Positions 24,819-36,357 of a stretch of 64,000 nt of DNA are shown here, piece after piece. The stretch covers positions 1,833,275-1,897,274 of the forward strand of contig NMRA01000011.1 of assembly GCA_002633005.1 (NCBI GenBank), given 5' to 3'. The position numbers and the translations under genes were made by a program. Under the pieces are notes generated by a model, which ran no database searches, had not been told where the DNA came from, and saw nothing but the letters and a program-made list of their open reading frames with translations. The stretch's first letter is position 1; the number at the start of each line of letters is the position of its first letter. Source of the stretch: Phoronis australis. Taxonomy: Eukaryota; Animalia; Phoronida.

Positions 24819-26634
24819 ACTGGAAGATATAGGGCGCATTACTTCCGCCAAGTACGTCGTCTGCTAACCTTGGTCATTTCGTCGGCGATTTTGCCCGACT
24901 CACATCCGCGTTTCAATAAATTGTCTTGAACTCTCGTAAAACGTTAATTTCATAAATAAAGCTCATATTAATACTCCAAAAATAACCACCGGGCCTACTC
25001 AAAAACAAATCTTGCACTTCAACAGCAGTTTACTGGACGTTTCATTTAAAGCTCGGACTCTACTGATGAAAGACCTTCAACAACGTCTTAATGCCGAAAT
25101 TATTATTTTTTTCATTGTACTGGACAGTATAATAGGTGGAAGAGTTTCCCTTCACAATACACTAACCCGAGCCTCTTATTTTTATAGGGTGGCGTCTCCT
25201 CTAGGGTATTTCGGAAGAAAATCTCTAAGTTTCGAGTCTGGGCTCAGTTGCATAAAAGCTTATAGGCAGTATAGCAACAATGACGTCGCATCATCACGCG
25301 TAACGTCGTTATTTTTTAACAATGCACATGACGTCATGCAACAGTCAAACTTATCCAGCGGATGACTTTTGCATGCCTCGGGATTTTGACAAAATTTCCA
25401 GGAGGTTTTGCCCATGTCATAAACCTGAGACTCGTGTAGGATTCTCTATATATGTGTGATAATTCACGTTCACGTCGCTTTGAGAAACCTCTCTTCGACG
25501 TATTATTTCTTCAGATACATGAGCTCATGCGACCGCAGTTTCGACTTGTGGAAGGTGATATTTGATGTGCAATTGCAGACCCGTAGGAAGGTAAAAATTA
25601 TTGGGAGGCACAAAGCAATTTAACTTCGCCAACCTACCTCTTTCCTATAGCCACACCTCCTCCCGTTCTCTGGATGTCACAACATTTGTACTGACCCCCA
25701 CGTCCGCTATAGGTGGGTTGTGGGGTAGTACCTAAATTTGAGTAACCGTGAACCAGCAGTTTCACGGTGAGTAAGAATGGGTCTAGGGCCAGAGCACTGA
25801 CGGGAAGCTGGGATCCAACAGTGGTTTCGATGAACTAGAGGTAGTCGCTGGTCAGCTCCAGCTATAATTCACTTCAGCTTAGTTCGTACCTATCCATCTA
25901 CGATAGCTTTCAGGTCAAAAATCATTTTATTATGATCAAGTTTCGGGAAAGGCCATACTTTGAAGGATTTTTTGGAAAGGTGAGGTTCCGAGGTCCTTGG
26001 TATGGGTGCCTTTGTGGCCGTTTCAAAATCCTTTGATGAAACACAGCCGGTAGTCGACAGTGTGTCACAAATAATGTACACATTCTTTATCGTGAGTGCG
26101 TCTGTCATGACATGCTCCGTGTAGCATGCACAGGAATGGAAACCAAATGATTCAGTTTTGAAGAAAATTCATTACGCAATACTTTTGGAGACTAACAACA
26201 TCAAGGTAGTGGAAAGAGAAAATTTACCAGTTCATAAGCAATGAATTTCATTTATTTAAGTACAGCACACATCACGAGTTTTTGACCAACCGGTCGGAAA
26301 TTGGTAGACGACCGGTTGACCACCGGTCGTCTAGCCGACAAGCAGCCGACCAAAAACGGTTGGCTAGGAGCCGTCTGCTGAGTTGCCTCTGCGGTCGGCA
26401 CTTGGGTCGGCAAAGTGGTCGCCTAGCGTAGACGACCAATTCGGATTAAAAATGTCCTTGGTCGGCAATTGACATATCGCCCGGATTATGAAGGACGGCT
26501 TAATTGACCAATCAGGACGCAGCATTCTTGGCACACCTTCGTCTGCCTTTCCAAGCCGCCATTTTACCCGACAAACCACACGTAGTCGAGTAAAACTTAC
26601 TTTAGTCTATAGCTCAAGAAATTGTCCGCTAATA

Positions 26635-26850
26635 ATGGTGAAGCGATGTTGATATGGCGTATGTAGCACCGAGAGCCGTTATGCTGCTCCAGAATAATAT
26701 CCCGTCAGTTTTTGGCATCTCCTACGCCGAAAAATGATGTTGAAAAGTGTAAACTATCGATCAAACTGTGCGGCCCAAGAGCAGCTGAACTTCGCGATGT
26801 TGCTTGATAACTCAAAGGCTATAATAAACACAAATATATTAGTTCCAAGA
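26635..26850 (+). pseudogene. THAP domain (transposase N-terminus)
   Basis: Across stops and frameshifts: MVKRC*YGVCSTESRY...PTPKNDVEKCKLSIKLCG...QLN...NKHKYISSK, matching the MVKRCxxGxC..SRY..FPKP..KCxxWIxxCGRP..QLN THAP subtype. Confidence 0.75.
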
Positions 26851-27589
26851 TACGCTCTTAGTGGTGGCTATGGTGCAGGGTTATCTCAAATTTTGACTCC
26901 CGAGTTTCCTACGTCTGGCCGCCTTTGTCTCGGCACCTGCTGGATCTCAGCACTCTAGCGATAGTCCCCGGAAACTGTTGTTTTCGAGGACATTTTGATT
27001 TTATGTTTTTTTTTTCGTTTATTTCAACCTAATGGACATTATTTTGTTTCGTATCAAAGGTACATTTTTGTTATTCATAAACCCGTAGGCTGGCGTTCAA
27101 CTGAACCTCTCTCCCGGTCAAAATTCAGAGATTCGATCGGCACAGGGAGGGTCAATGGATTACTGCCGGAACTCAAAGTCTTGGTCGAGCTGTTGTCACT
27201 AAAAGTAAACTGTTGAATTACTTTTTGACGTGTACCTCTAGTATACACTATGTCTGAGAGTTAGAGAGAGCTCATTTTGTGAAGCTTTAAAAAAGAATTT
27301 GAGTTATTTTTGTAAATACCCTATTTTTGCAACTACCACACCAGACTTGTAATCTTTTGTAACCATACCACGACTTAGTGATCATGCTACCTTCAAAATT
27401 AAATGAAAGCTACCTTTATGGAATGAAACTACAAAAAATGCCAAGTTCATCAGAAGGTAGACCTAACTTAAATGTCTTAATGGTGCAAACGGACAATTCC
27501 ATAGGAGGATTTATGGGGGGAGGCAGCAACCAAAATGAAACAGCAAGAGCGTGAAGCGTGAGGAAATATTGAGTTCAGTAACTAGGACC

Positions 27590-27812
27590 AGTAGCGGAAG
27601 AGGGGGGCTCAGACCCCAGATCGCGGCGGAATCGTGCTCCTGTTTTTTTAGTCCATCGATAGATTTTCTGAACAGAAGGTCCAAAGGTCTACATTGTGTA
27701 CATCCCCGGCCCCTGCAACTTTCGGGCCGCCTCTGCACATACAATCGCACTTTGCCCAATTCCACGAGGCAACATGTTGGGCCCCCCTTGAGGTATCCTA
27801 TATCCGCCCTTG
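27590..27812. mobile_element. GC-rich MITE nested in the ISL2EU element
   Basis: cagtagcggaagagggggg ... gccccccttg...tatccgcccttg. Confidence 0.5.
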
Positions 27813-28176
27813 AATTCCAGACATTAATTTGACATAGACACATTCATAGACCTACCGGAGCTAACTGTTTGCCTAGGACGAGATGAGTGTGTACCTGAGC
27901 TATGAACCTGAATTTTTTTATCAAAATATTTCGTTACAAGATTAGAAAAGCGTAGACAGTGCTATCGAGTCGACCTAGTCAGAGACTATAGTGCATGTAT
28001 TGTCTGTAATCTATGACCTACTTTACTCCAGGAGTCCTACCAGTTGTGACTTACTTTTCATTTGGCGAAATTTAGCAGACGACAGAATAAAAATATCGGT
28101 GAATCTTCACTGATTTTATTCGAAAGATCATGAAATCTATTGAATCGTACAGATAATTCGACTTTAAGGTACATAC

Positions 28177-28446
28177 CCAGCTTTACATGAACATATGGTA
28201 TCAGTGGCCTTGTCATTTGTCAGGTGAAGGTGAACCCCGAGGCCGAGGGGTTCGTCGGATTTTCGCTGGCTCCTCGAGCACTTATTTTTTCATCGTCACC
28301 TTTAAATATTCCCATATCATGAACGTACGATTCTATGTTGAAAAGCATCGCCTCTTGTCTCTGTCGAAGCGTTTTCAACTAGTGCAAAAGCACTCATCGA
28401 TTCCACCAGGAACGTCGTTTAGCGACAGTGTATTTGCCTCTGACAT
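28177..28446 (-). pseudogene. First exon of SWIM zinc-finger/YqaJ-exonuclease-type accessory gene
   Basis: MSEANTLSLNDVP...ESYVHDM...TDTICSCKAG followed by a GTATGT donor; ExYVHD and CSCKAG are typical of this ISL2EU second ORF. Confidence 0.65.
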
Positions 28447-29308
28447 CTTGTTCGTTTGTCGGGTATCACGTGACTTTTCAAATAGGGGCGGAGCTTGCGA
28501 TAAGTCAATTACCGTTTCATGACTTAGGGGGAGAACTTTGGCCAAACAAGCATATAACTGTTTGCTGTTCGTTTACCAGTGTTAACTTCGGTCTTGACAT
28601 AATCCAATATTTACTATTACCGCTTGACTTCAACCTTCGAATTAGTGGTGCTACAAAACCGATGTGAACTCATGTAACGGAGACAGTGAAACTAGGTTAA
28701 TTTATTTGACTCAGTGCGAAGACGAATATGCATCGACACGCGTGGTATCAGCCTGACAACCTATTACGCAACTGCTACTCTAGCCTATAAATAGCAGCCG
28801 TCCAGCAGGTCGGCTGATGGCCGGTCGGCTGAAGGGTCGACTGCCGGTCGGCTAATTTTTAGCCGACCGGTCGGCTAATTTGCCGACCGTCGACGGCCCG
28901 TCGTCGACCAATTTCCGACCGGTAGGACAAAAATTCGTGATGTGTGCTGTACTTAAACTTCTTCGATCTACGGTTTGGGAAATTAAACCAACTAATCTAT
29001 TTCCTAAGTCACTAAACAACTTATTGCCATTTGAATTGTGAGAAAATTTTAGGACAATTTGTATAGCTGTCCGACATTCATTAATATCTTTGAGACATTG
29101 TTCAGATTGACAAATCAAATCGTTTAGTGTACTTTTATATTTGGAGATCTGACAAAAGATGGAATTTTCGCAATATCTGCTTGCAACTAAGCCTCGTTAG
29201 TTCCCTGCGTGCTGCTAGGTGGTACCGCGCTGTATCATTGGTTGATGTAACCTCGGCAGCCATTAGTTAGCTTTACAACAAAGTGAGAAAATAGCGGACT
29301 ATCAACGA

Positions 29309-29835
29309 TTTTTATGCGCCCACATATTAATTAATATGTTGACGCGTTATGCTGTCATCTCCGTCCGTCCGGCGTCTGTCCGGTGTCCGGCACACGCTGC
29401 TCCTCCAAATCCCTTTGACATATGTACATGAAATTGTGCACATGTGTTCACTTCATGGATGGGAGGGTACTGAGCGAACTATCAGACAGGTTTGAATACC
29501 GGTGTGCCCCCTAGTGGCAATTTTATTTTTTACGCTGACCTCTGTATCTTCAAACTTTGAAAATACATTGAGTACGATAAAGGTACTCAACGTATTTTCA
29601 TAAAATTTGGCATATAGGCATCTATTAGTGAGATGATGCTATCCTACGGTTGTCGGATGGATTCGACGTAGTTTGCCCCACCTACATAACGCTAAAACCT
29701 CGTGGGAGACCGTCCTGAGTTGGCAGCTGGAGCAACTCGAGACGGTCTGGGATCAAGAGAAAAACCACAGGGTAGATCTGTGGTCGACAGATCTATTCGG
29801 TCGATTACATTTTATTGCCCGTGAAGCCGATGGTT
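29309..29835 (+). mobile_element. Helentron-associated non-autonomous element (HINE/DINE-like)
   Basis: Starts tttttatgcgccc, with a (GTCC)n-like microsatellite at 29360-29390 and atgaaattg/ataaaatttggca core motifs. Confidence 0.6.
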
Positions 29836-32810
29836 TGGTGATAAGGGCTGCCTGAAGAAATATGACTCGCGCGTTTGTATTTTCGCTTTTTTCAACGACA
29901 TTTAAAAGATTCATTAACAAATTCCTCCGAGTAGTAAAATTCTGAAAACAGGCGTTTTGCTCTCACGAAAATCGATGAAGTTTTGGCCGAGATATTTCAC
30001 TTTCAGTCCAGGCTAGCCCTGCACACTGTAGAATCGTCACAAATGATTACTACGCGGTAATGCGGTTTCACTGTCAGCAAAGGAAGACGTCAAAATCGAC
30101 TTATAATTGTCATTTTTAAACTGTTTGCATGTTAAATTATCGAAATATAAGTAAAATCGTACGCTATATTTTAGCACCAAAACAGCAATTTCATTTTGGT
30201 GAACATGTCTAATAAGGACCCAACTCGCGCATGGTGGTGAGTAGTGAGTCCGGCCAACACGTGAGGATGGCTGTGTTGTCGTTTTTGCTCTCAACTCAAA
30301 AGTAGCCTTTTCAAAATGTAAGATGGACAGAAAATGCAGGCAGTTGACGAAAACGGCCATTGGGCGGAAGCAACTGTGCGGGGAGTAAATGACAGCGCCG
30401 GGAATTCACGTCGGTTTTCCTGGATGGCATTTTGAGTTTGACCAGCTCGTCGAGCCGTGATTCGTGAGAGACTGAGCCGATTGACTATGCCGGGCTCGGG
30501 ACCTGGACCTGGTGAAGAAAAACGTAAGTATTTTTTATCATAACTTAAGCTCGCATGATGCTGTTGGCTGTAAACTATATGGTGTTTATGTGGGATTGTG
30601 TATTCATGAAATTACAGACTATGCCTACTTGTACCACATCTAAAGTCAGTGAAACATTGTTTCTTTGTGAAAAAAAACGTCTCGACGAATCTACCGTGGT
30701 GCCTTCAATGTTGTTTTTGTTCTTTGTAAAGTATGTTTACTGTAACAAGTCCGATGTTGTCGGATTGAATTGGTATTCTGGGATTTTCAATGCCAGTGGC
30801 TTATCCAGAATTTTCCGAATGGTGTTCGCAAATGAAATAATGTCAAGCCATTGTTTTGAATTACCGTTTAAGTTTTTATTAATAAGAGGTGGAGAGAGCA
30901 TTCAGCAGCCATGTCTTTGTTACCTTGTTCTCATTTTTTTACATTTGTTTATGTTTCATTTCCTTGTTTTCTATAGATCCCCCCAACCCCCTTGCGCTCT
31001 CTGTTGACTGAACTTGATGACATAATTGATAAGCCATTGTAATCTGCATACCAGTACTAGCCTAACCCTTAGTCCTACACACCTGGCCCTATTGTTCACT
31101 CCTGACTTTTGTTTACAAAATAATCCATTCCAGTCTACACCCTGATTGCTTAGTTTAATATTTAGCACAGCTAGATTCCAGTGAGTAAACTGTATTTCAC
31201 TACTACTATCATGCAGCTCTTGCTTGACAGTGCACATGTACTTTTATCTCCTCTTTTTCGAACCACTCATTAAAACGTTTTATGGGGTTCGGTTTCTTTT
31301 CATGAATGTTTTCATTGTTGCTTTCTAATTCGTTCAACTGCTTCCCAAAACTTCCATTTCTTCATAATTTTAAAACTCCTGAGTCCTGAGCATTGAGCAA
31401 CACTCAACAATCCCTCTCAAACTGTTGCCCTTCTGACTACATGAGTGTAAGTTGTGGTACACTACTGCACGTGCACAAGGTCACCAGCACCAGAAGTTTT
31501 AAAATCACACCACCAAAACAGTGATCGTTTACATTTCAGAGAGCTCGCCTTGACAATTTCAAGAAGGTATACTGCTTGACAGTTGCATTTATGTACACGT
31601 TGAAGCCTGGAGAATACAGACTTGATCAGGGCTTGGAATTTTCGTGTTTTAAGAGAAATTCTTTTTTGGTGTCGATTCCCTCGTATTTGATTTCCAGTTT
31701 CCTCATTTTATCATTCGACTTTATTAAAAGTTTAGTTCAGGTAAATCTTACATCCAAAAATATCTATCACACAAGCCTACTTTTGTGTATCATACATCAG
31801 ATGGAAATTTCTCCTCTGTTTTTGTTATTGCTCATTCCAAGCTCTGCTTATTTTTCGTGAAGTAACTAGAATGGATTTCATAACAAACCAGTTTATTGTG
31901 CTGAGATTTTTGTTGGTTTTATCAACTGCAAACTATCACTAATAAAATCTCCACGAAAGTCATTATGTATAGCAGCATAGGATAATAGGCACCCGTCTTA
32001 AGTTCGCACAAAAGTAGAGTACAAAATTCCAAATGTAATTTCGAGTTCCATTTCCTCTAAAAAGATCAATGACAGGGCCCAGGTATCAATTCCAGTATTT
32101 TTGGCTCTTATTCATGTTTGAAAGTGTTGTACTGTGTTTGGAAATTTGTTTGAAAAGCTGTTTTTTTCTGCTCAACAGCTTATGACCTTACTGGATTTAA
32201 GGGCCCCTCCAGAGCATTTATTAGTGTGCCCTCCACTCATTTCGAATGTTCTGTGTATATCAAATTCTCTGAGATGCCAGGGTAGTATTCTGCATGCAGC
32301 TTTGTTGACCATTGTGGTCAGTGAGAATGTCCTACTCGCATGTATATGAATGCATAGTATGATATGTGCCTGGTATTCAGTGAATGACCTGGATGCTTCA
32401 TGCAGCTAGGACATTCACAACTAGGGAGAATATTTTACTTTTTCTCCAGATGTGCACCTCATTCATGTACCAAATCAGTATTGCCTGTGTGGTTTTGGAA
32501 ATGTGTAAGCTGCTTGTGTTGTTTCTGCATTGTTGACCTTGAAATGCTAGTTTTGCTCCTAAAAAACTTGGAGTGTATTTATTGCGACATGTGTCCGTTA
32601 TTGTTGTTACTAGTTTTTTACTTAACCAGTGTATTTATTTTGAATATTCTTCAAGCCTTGGATGACTGATCTCTTCAGTTTAGGATACTTATTGTTTGCA
32701 TCCCATGAAGTGAATTACATACTGTCTTATTTAGTATTTTTATTCAGTGACTCCTGGTGTGGTTTTGAAAATGATTGTTTTTTAGTAAAGAAAACAACAA
32801 CGGTTTTAAG

Positions 32811-32856
32811 ACTTAACATGTTTCGGTGTCATTTATTCAGCACCATCTTCAGAAGT
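32811..32856 (-). ncRNA. Minimal type I hammerhead ribozyme motif (pLTR, element sense)
   Basis: actt CTGAAGA t ggtg..cacc GAAA c at GTT aagt: conserved core, stem II, palindromic ACATGT stem III, stem I actt/aagt. Confidence 0.65.
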
Positions 32857-33122
32857 GAGAATACAGTGGCCACCTATCTAGGCCCAGCAACAAGTAAAGA
32901 AGCACAGATACAGTCAGTTACAGGGAGTGACAATGAACTAGACCAACAATGACAACCTGTGGTGTGTCAGTTGCCTATTGAGATTGGGCATGCACCAACT
33001 GTTGTGTAAACCCTCACGAATTTGTTGTTCCTGCCCGGTCTATTACTGCATAGTCATTGAAAAAGCACTGCTGATAACAATGATTGGAGCTCTTTAGGTG
33101 AAAATTTATATGTGAATTTCTG

Positions 33123-33590
33123 TCAGAATGTTAGATGTTCCTTGGTCCTGGTTTTCAAATGGCAAACAGTTTCGCCTATGTAACTGGAGCCACATCCAGC
33201 ACAGATAAATTTGTATACTAACTTGGACCGTAGACCCATAGAAATTTTGTCCTTAGGGTTAAATAAATTCGACAGTTTTAGAGACTTGAATGCTGATACA
33301 ACTCTTAAGCTTACACAGTAATCATTCACCAATTTGTTGAGTTTTGGTTGAGCAATCTTGGCGTAAAACCCAACATACACTACTTTAAAGTACTTGTAGT
33401 TAGTTTTGTCTACAGGATGAACATCATCAAGGTTACGTTGGAGTCTTGCTTTCAGTACCCTATTGACTAATTCTAGGGGATAGCCATTATTTTGCAAATT
33501 CGTTGTATGTTCTTTAATATAAGAATCAAATCTAGCCCAAGTGCTCTTAATGCGACATACCCTGTCTAATAGAGTTTTAATGAGACCAAC
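33123..33590 (-). pseudogene. Penelope RT thumb plus GIY-YIG endonuclease fragment
   Basis: LIKTLLDR...LQNNGYP...KDKI..LRSKLVYKFICAGCGSSYIGETVCHLKTRTKEHL. Confidence 0.9.
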
Positions 33591-33593
33591 CTC

Positions 33594-33640
33594 ATTTCTG
33601 AAGATGGTGTTGAATAAATGACACCGAAACATGTCCAGTC
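33594..33640 (+). ncRNA. Minimal hammerhead ribozyme motif (inverted pLTR copy)
   Basis: CTGAAGA t ggtgt tgaataaatg acacc GAAA c at GTC; stem I is degenerate. Confidence 0.55.
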
Positions 33641-34429
33641 TTAAAACCGTTGTTGTTTTCTTTAATATATGCTGCTACTTGCTATCATTCAGATTGTTTT
33701 TAGGCTGAAATGCATAGTTTTTACAAAATTCTGCAATGACCCTGTCATTTCCACATGGTTGATCTTGAAAAGCAAATTCTTCTATACATATTATTGTCAT
33801 CTTGTGAGGTGTGCAATTTATTGCGGTTTTCAGTGACTGGTTCCACCAGGGATAGCAGTATTGTGCACCTACCAGTACTTGGTCAAGCTCATGTTACATA
33901 TATTTTTATATTGATAAATTTTCCTCATGAAGGTAGTGATCTCAGCAGTTATATCACTTATGGTGTTTTGCTACAACCTTGTACTGCTATGACACAAATT
34001 TTGAAGGTTCCTATGTTGTAGTTAAGTCCCACTTTAAATATTTTGCTCACCATGTGAGTTATTGCTTACATTGAGGGCTTCATACTCATGGATGATCTCA
34101 TCAGGGGTTGCATGTAACACTATTTGGGTGTGTATATTTGTTACATGTTCATTGTATAAAGTGTATTGTTTATATTGCAGAGTTCATAATTGTAAGTTTC
34201 AAAGATCTCGGTAGGTTATCTCAACAGTAGCCTACTTAGTGCATGTTTTGCTCAACCTATGAAGTGTAATATTTATACCGAAGCGTTTATTATTTCTAGT
34301 GCCTGTATCCCTTATTGCTTTTCCCATAGTATGAACAACTAGTCATTTTAACGTTTGAAATTCTCATGTACAATATATATTACACTATTTGGAAATCTTA
34401 CTGTTATTTTCATTGCAAAAGCGCTAATC

Positions 34430-35487
34430 TGAAGAGTACTTTGTCCTACTTGTTATGTGAGTCATTATCGTCTCACGTACAGAGGAAGAACTGTCCCACT
34501 TGCCCGAGTGTCCCGCGACACACTCCCACTGGAGGGTGATCTGAGCACCCAAACTGCTTACATCCCGCCGTGTGACTTCCTCGTCACGCACCTGGCACCT
34601 TCTACTAGCTCCAATACAAGTCCACAATAAACTTATCAAACTTAGGCTCACCGATATGTTCATTGGATGACGAACTGTCCTCTTCACTGGGTGTCGAACT
34701 GGGCCTGTATTCACTCCCACTACTCAACATCGCTGCAAGGCTGCTTACAGGCTCTGCCGGGGCTAGAGACAACAACACAGGGCGAATCACTGCTAGTTCC
34801 CGGAATTGCACCCAATGGGGGTACGTTCGGAGGCACGGGTGACAGTAGATGAAGTGCCTTCAGTCACTGTATGTAGTGGCCACAGCTCGCGAGGCTTCTC
34901 GCTTCAAAAACGCACTTCTCGGGGTTGGCGACGGGGCACTGCCGGGAATCAACAGCGACGGTACGGTACCCTTCTTCAGGCGTTGTATCGCAGGGACCTT
35001 CATCAATTCAGCGTACATATCTGTGTCATAATCTGAGTGCAGAAAAAGCTTGCCACACACTCGGTAACCCTCCACTGCTTTGTACTTTGCGTGGACGGGT
35101 AGCGCTGCCTTCCTCACATGAACGAGCTAGTCAAGTACAGCGAAGTGTGTCATCCTTCGGAAAGCGACGCAAGGTACCCAAAGCGCGTGTGAGACGATAA
35201 TGAATACATCCCGGCACGTAGCAACAGCGTGGCATGTTGACTGACTTGTAAACAAAAGCAAACGACGACCGAACTTATCACAACCGAGGTAGAACAAGGA
35301 CTGACTCGACAGCTCTCACAGTCAGACTATAGTGAAAAGAAATTGGCGCGAAACTCTTGCCTCCCAAAACGTCACTTCCGGAGTAGAGGACGAAAAATCA
35401 AATTACGAAAAGCTGTAATTAAGTGAAAAATGTATCTGGGATAATCAACGAACCTTATTATGGCATGAAAAAAGGTTGCCTTCGCCT
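34430..35487 (-). mobile_element. Kolobok transposon 5' fragment (THAP plus transposase N-terminus)
   Basis: End TTAA|aggcgaaggcaacc; MPRCCYVPGC..RRFPKDDTLR..YRVCGKLF..RLKKGTVPSL (THAP), then KFIV..RRC..GAQITLQWECVAGHSGKWDSS. Confidence 0.85.
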
Positions 35488-35817
35488 TTAAAATAATAGT
35501 TTCTAATTGCCAAAAATCACCTACCGGGTATTAACCTGTCGTTTTTCGTAGCATAAGCATGTAAATAAGAAACCAATGAGTTTGTTTATCAAAACGGAAT
35601 GTTTAAATAGTTTTCACAGGCATGATCGCAAATTTTTGATGGGTAACCCGGGGAACATGGGAGATGGGGCATTTATATTAAAGTGCATTTTTCCTCAGTT
35701 TCGAAGTACCTATAACGGTTGACGAGTTTAACTTGAAATCCAAAGAAGCTGCTGAAATATTTGTTTATTATTGCGAATATTTTGAGTCTCCCGTCCCCGT
35801 TCGACATGTACACCGTC

Positions 35818-36357
35818 GTAAATGAAATCAACTTACTCGTAAACCTTGGAGTAGGATTTCGAACGTTTCGAAATGTGCTCTACAGTTCTTTTTCAGCGGC
35901 TGGTAGGGAGGCGTCCAGATTTCCGGTCCTTATGTTACCCGGAAGTAATATAGCGTCATACATGTACATCGTTGGGAGTTGTAGACCTTGGTCCCGGTTC
36001 ATGGTAGGCTTTTTGGTTTTTATATATATTGACTCTTTGATCTTCTTAGAAAACCAGTTTTCTTCTTTGGCCAGTATTTTGGCATGTTTGCCACATATAA
36101 TGTGGCCGGATATGCAGAGATGAACCACGAGCCTACCATGAACCGGGACCAATGTCTAAAACTCCCACCGATATACGACGCTATATTACTTCCGAGTAAC
36201 ATAAGGACCGGAAATCAGGACGCTCCCTTACTAGCCGTTGAAAAAGAACTGTAGAGCACAGTTTGAAACGTTCGAACTCCAACTCCAAGGTCTACGAGTA
36301 AATTGATTTCACTTACAACATACTTTCAGCGAGACCATGAAAAAACCTCTTTTCAAT
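35818..36357 (-). mobile_element. Penelope-like element 3' fragment with inverted duplication and 13-bp TSD
   Basis: HAKILAKEENWFSKKIKESIYIKTKKPTMNRDQGLQLP (GIY-YIG C-terminus); 35818-36010 is inverted relative to 36130-36316; TSD catgtacaccgtc at 35805-35817 and 36358-36370. Confidence 0.85.

Larger units (their letters stand above)
26260..28952 (+). mobile_element. ISL2EU/Harbinger-superfamily transposon, internally deleted
   Basis: TIR gtacagcacacatcacga flanked by TTAA at both ends; cggtcggc/gccgacc subterminal repeats; convergent THAP and SWIM gene relics. Confidence 0.85.
32785..33691 (-). mobile_element. Penelope-like element, 5'-truncated, with inverted pLTR copy
   Basis: GIY-YIG ORF on the minus strand; 32786-32859 is inverted relative to 33591-33664; possible TSD gattgttttt(t)ag at ~32773 and ~33692. 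Confidence 0.85.
32100..34110 (-). mobile_element. Highly decayed LINE ORF2 3' region interrupted by a Penelope element
   Basis: A-rich minus strand with ILPSCECPSC...HIILC knuckle-like relic near 32340-32430. Confidence 0.3.

Noticed and set aside
30555-31007. 150-aa hydrophobic ORF (also 11659-12165)
   Set aside because: T-rich compositional ORFs crossing repeat boundaries with no recognisable domain.
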